From Christensenellales bacterium (GTDB taxonomy: Bacteria > Bacillota > Clostridia > Christensenellales > CALWSW01): a DNA stretch of 60,671 bases. This document shows, piece after piece, positions 60,523-60,671 of the stretch. The position numbers and the translations under genes were made by a program. Position 1 is the stretch's first letter. Every line of letters starts with the position of its first letter. The stretch is taken from contig JBMNTV010000003.1 in NCBI GenBank assembly GCA_050945915.1, positions 1-60,671 on the forward strand. The letters are read 5' to 3'. The notes beneath the pieces were generated by a model. The model worked only from the letters and a program-made list of their open reading frames with translations. It was not told the DNA's origin and searched no databases.

Positions 60523-60671
60523 TTATATTTCATCTACGCCGACCGATTTTAAATAGTTGTAAACACCTTCGTAATACTTAGTTAAACGAGTATTATCATA
60601 ATCGTTTCCTTTTGGAATAAAAATAACCATTCCTTGCCGCGCTCTTGTTAGTAACACCCGGTATGAATTTT
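60523..60671 (-). CDS. C-terminal fragment of a DUF2075-type (Schlafen-like ATPase/helicase-related) protein; the gene continues beyond the right edge
   Basis: The minus strand reads ...KFIPGVLLTRARQGMVIFIPKGNDYDNTRLTKYYEGVYNYLKSVGVDEI-stop (TAA 60525-60523). LLTRARQGMVIF followed by D-x-T is the C-terminal pattern I associate with DUF2075. Confidence 0.55.
   Translation of the reverse strand, partial: NSYRVLLTRARQGMVIFIPKGNDYDNTRLTKYYEGVYNYLKSVGVDEI

Noticed and set aside
1-60671. Scan for CRISPR arrays, rRNA genes, intact IS elements or transposases, retron/DGR-type reverse transcriptases and additional tRNAs
   Set aside because: I found no regularly spaced short repeats, rRNA-like sequence, transposase-like ORF, RT motif (YxDD) or second cloverleaf by eye. 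A tool-based scan (CRISPRCasFinder, ISEScan, tRNAscan-SE, Infernal) would be needed to be sure.

Overview
This is a 60.7-kb chromosomal segment from a moderately GC-rich Firmicutes/Clostridia-type genome, judged from GGAGG Shine-Dalgarno (SD) sites, a T-box leader and Bacillus-like gene order. I saw no rRNA gene, CRISPR array or intact IS element.

The left third is core. On the minus strand it reads T-box-pheS-pheT-zapA-U32 peptidase-mutS2-DUF523-OmpR/histidine-kinase pair-htrA (htrA is cut by the window edge). On the plus strand it reads ylxM-ffh-rpsP-khpA-rimM-trmD-rplS.

Directly after the rplS terminator lies a decayed integration hotspot next to tRNA-Pro(CGG). It holds a 1.8-kb unit bounded by an 18-nt direct repeat (17/18 identical). 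The unit carries one small membrane/coiled-coil gene and a tyrosine integrase broken at poly-A runs.

The rest mixes core-like genes with genes that look more A+T-rich by eye.
- Core-like: mutY, an M14 cell-wall peptidase, and TetR-MMPL with a secreted repeat protein.
- A+T-rich: a lipoprotein flavoenzyme, an insulated orphan 550-aa gene, two GGDEF proteins and two MCPs flanking a flavodoxin.
- Also A+T-rich: a Crp/Fnr-regulated P1B-ATPase operon, a DUF1538 + tandem-PII pair, and a MATE pump.
- At the right end: a methyltransferase pseudogene, a serine hydrolase, a GNAT and a DUF2075 fragment.

There are three best candidates for something undescribed.
1. The monocistronic orphan at 22032-23684 has a sensor-like domain, a coiled coil and a small C-terminal domain, which is a defence-like architecture.
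2. The translationally coupled operon at 57222-51527 has an Lgt-family transferase whose canonical GNFxNxE motif reads GCFLNGCC. It is coupled to a 12-TM fusion protein, an unknown 386-aa protein and zinc-ribbon membrane proteins.
3. The minimal integrative unit beside tRNA-Pro.

All functional calls rest on motif recognition by eye. No database search was run.
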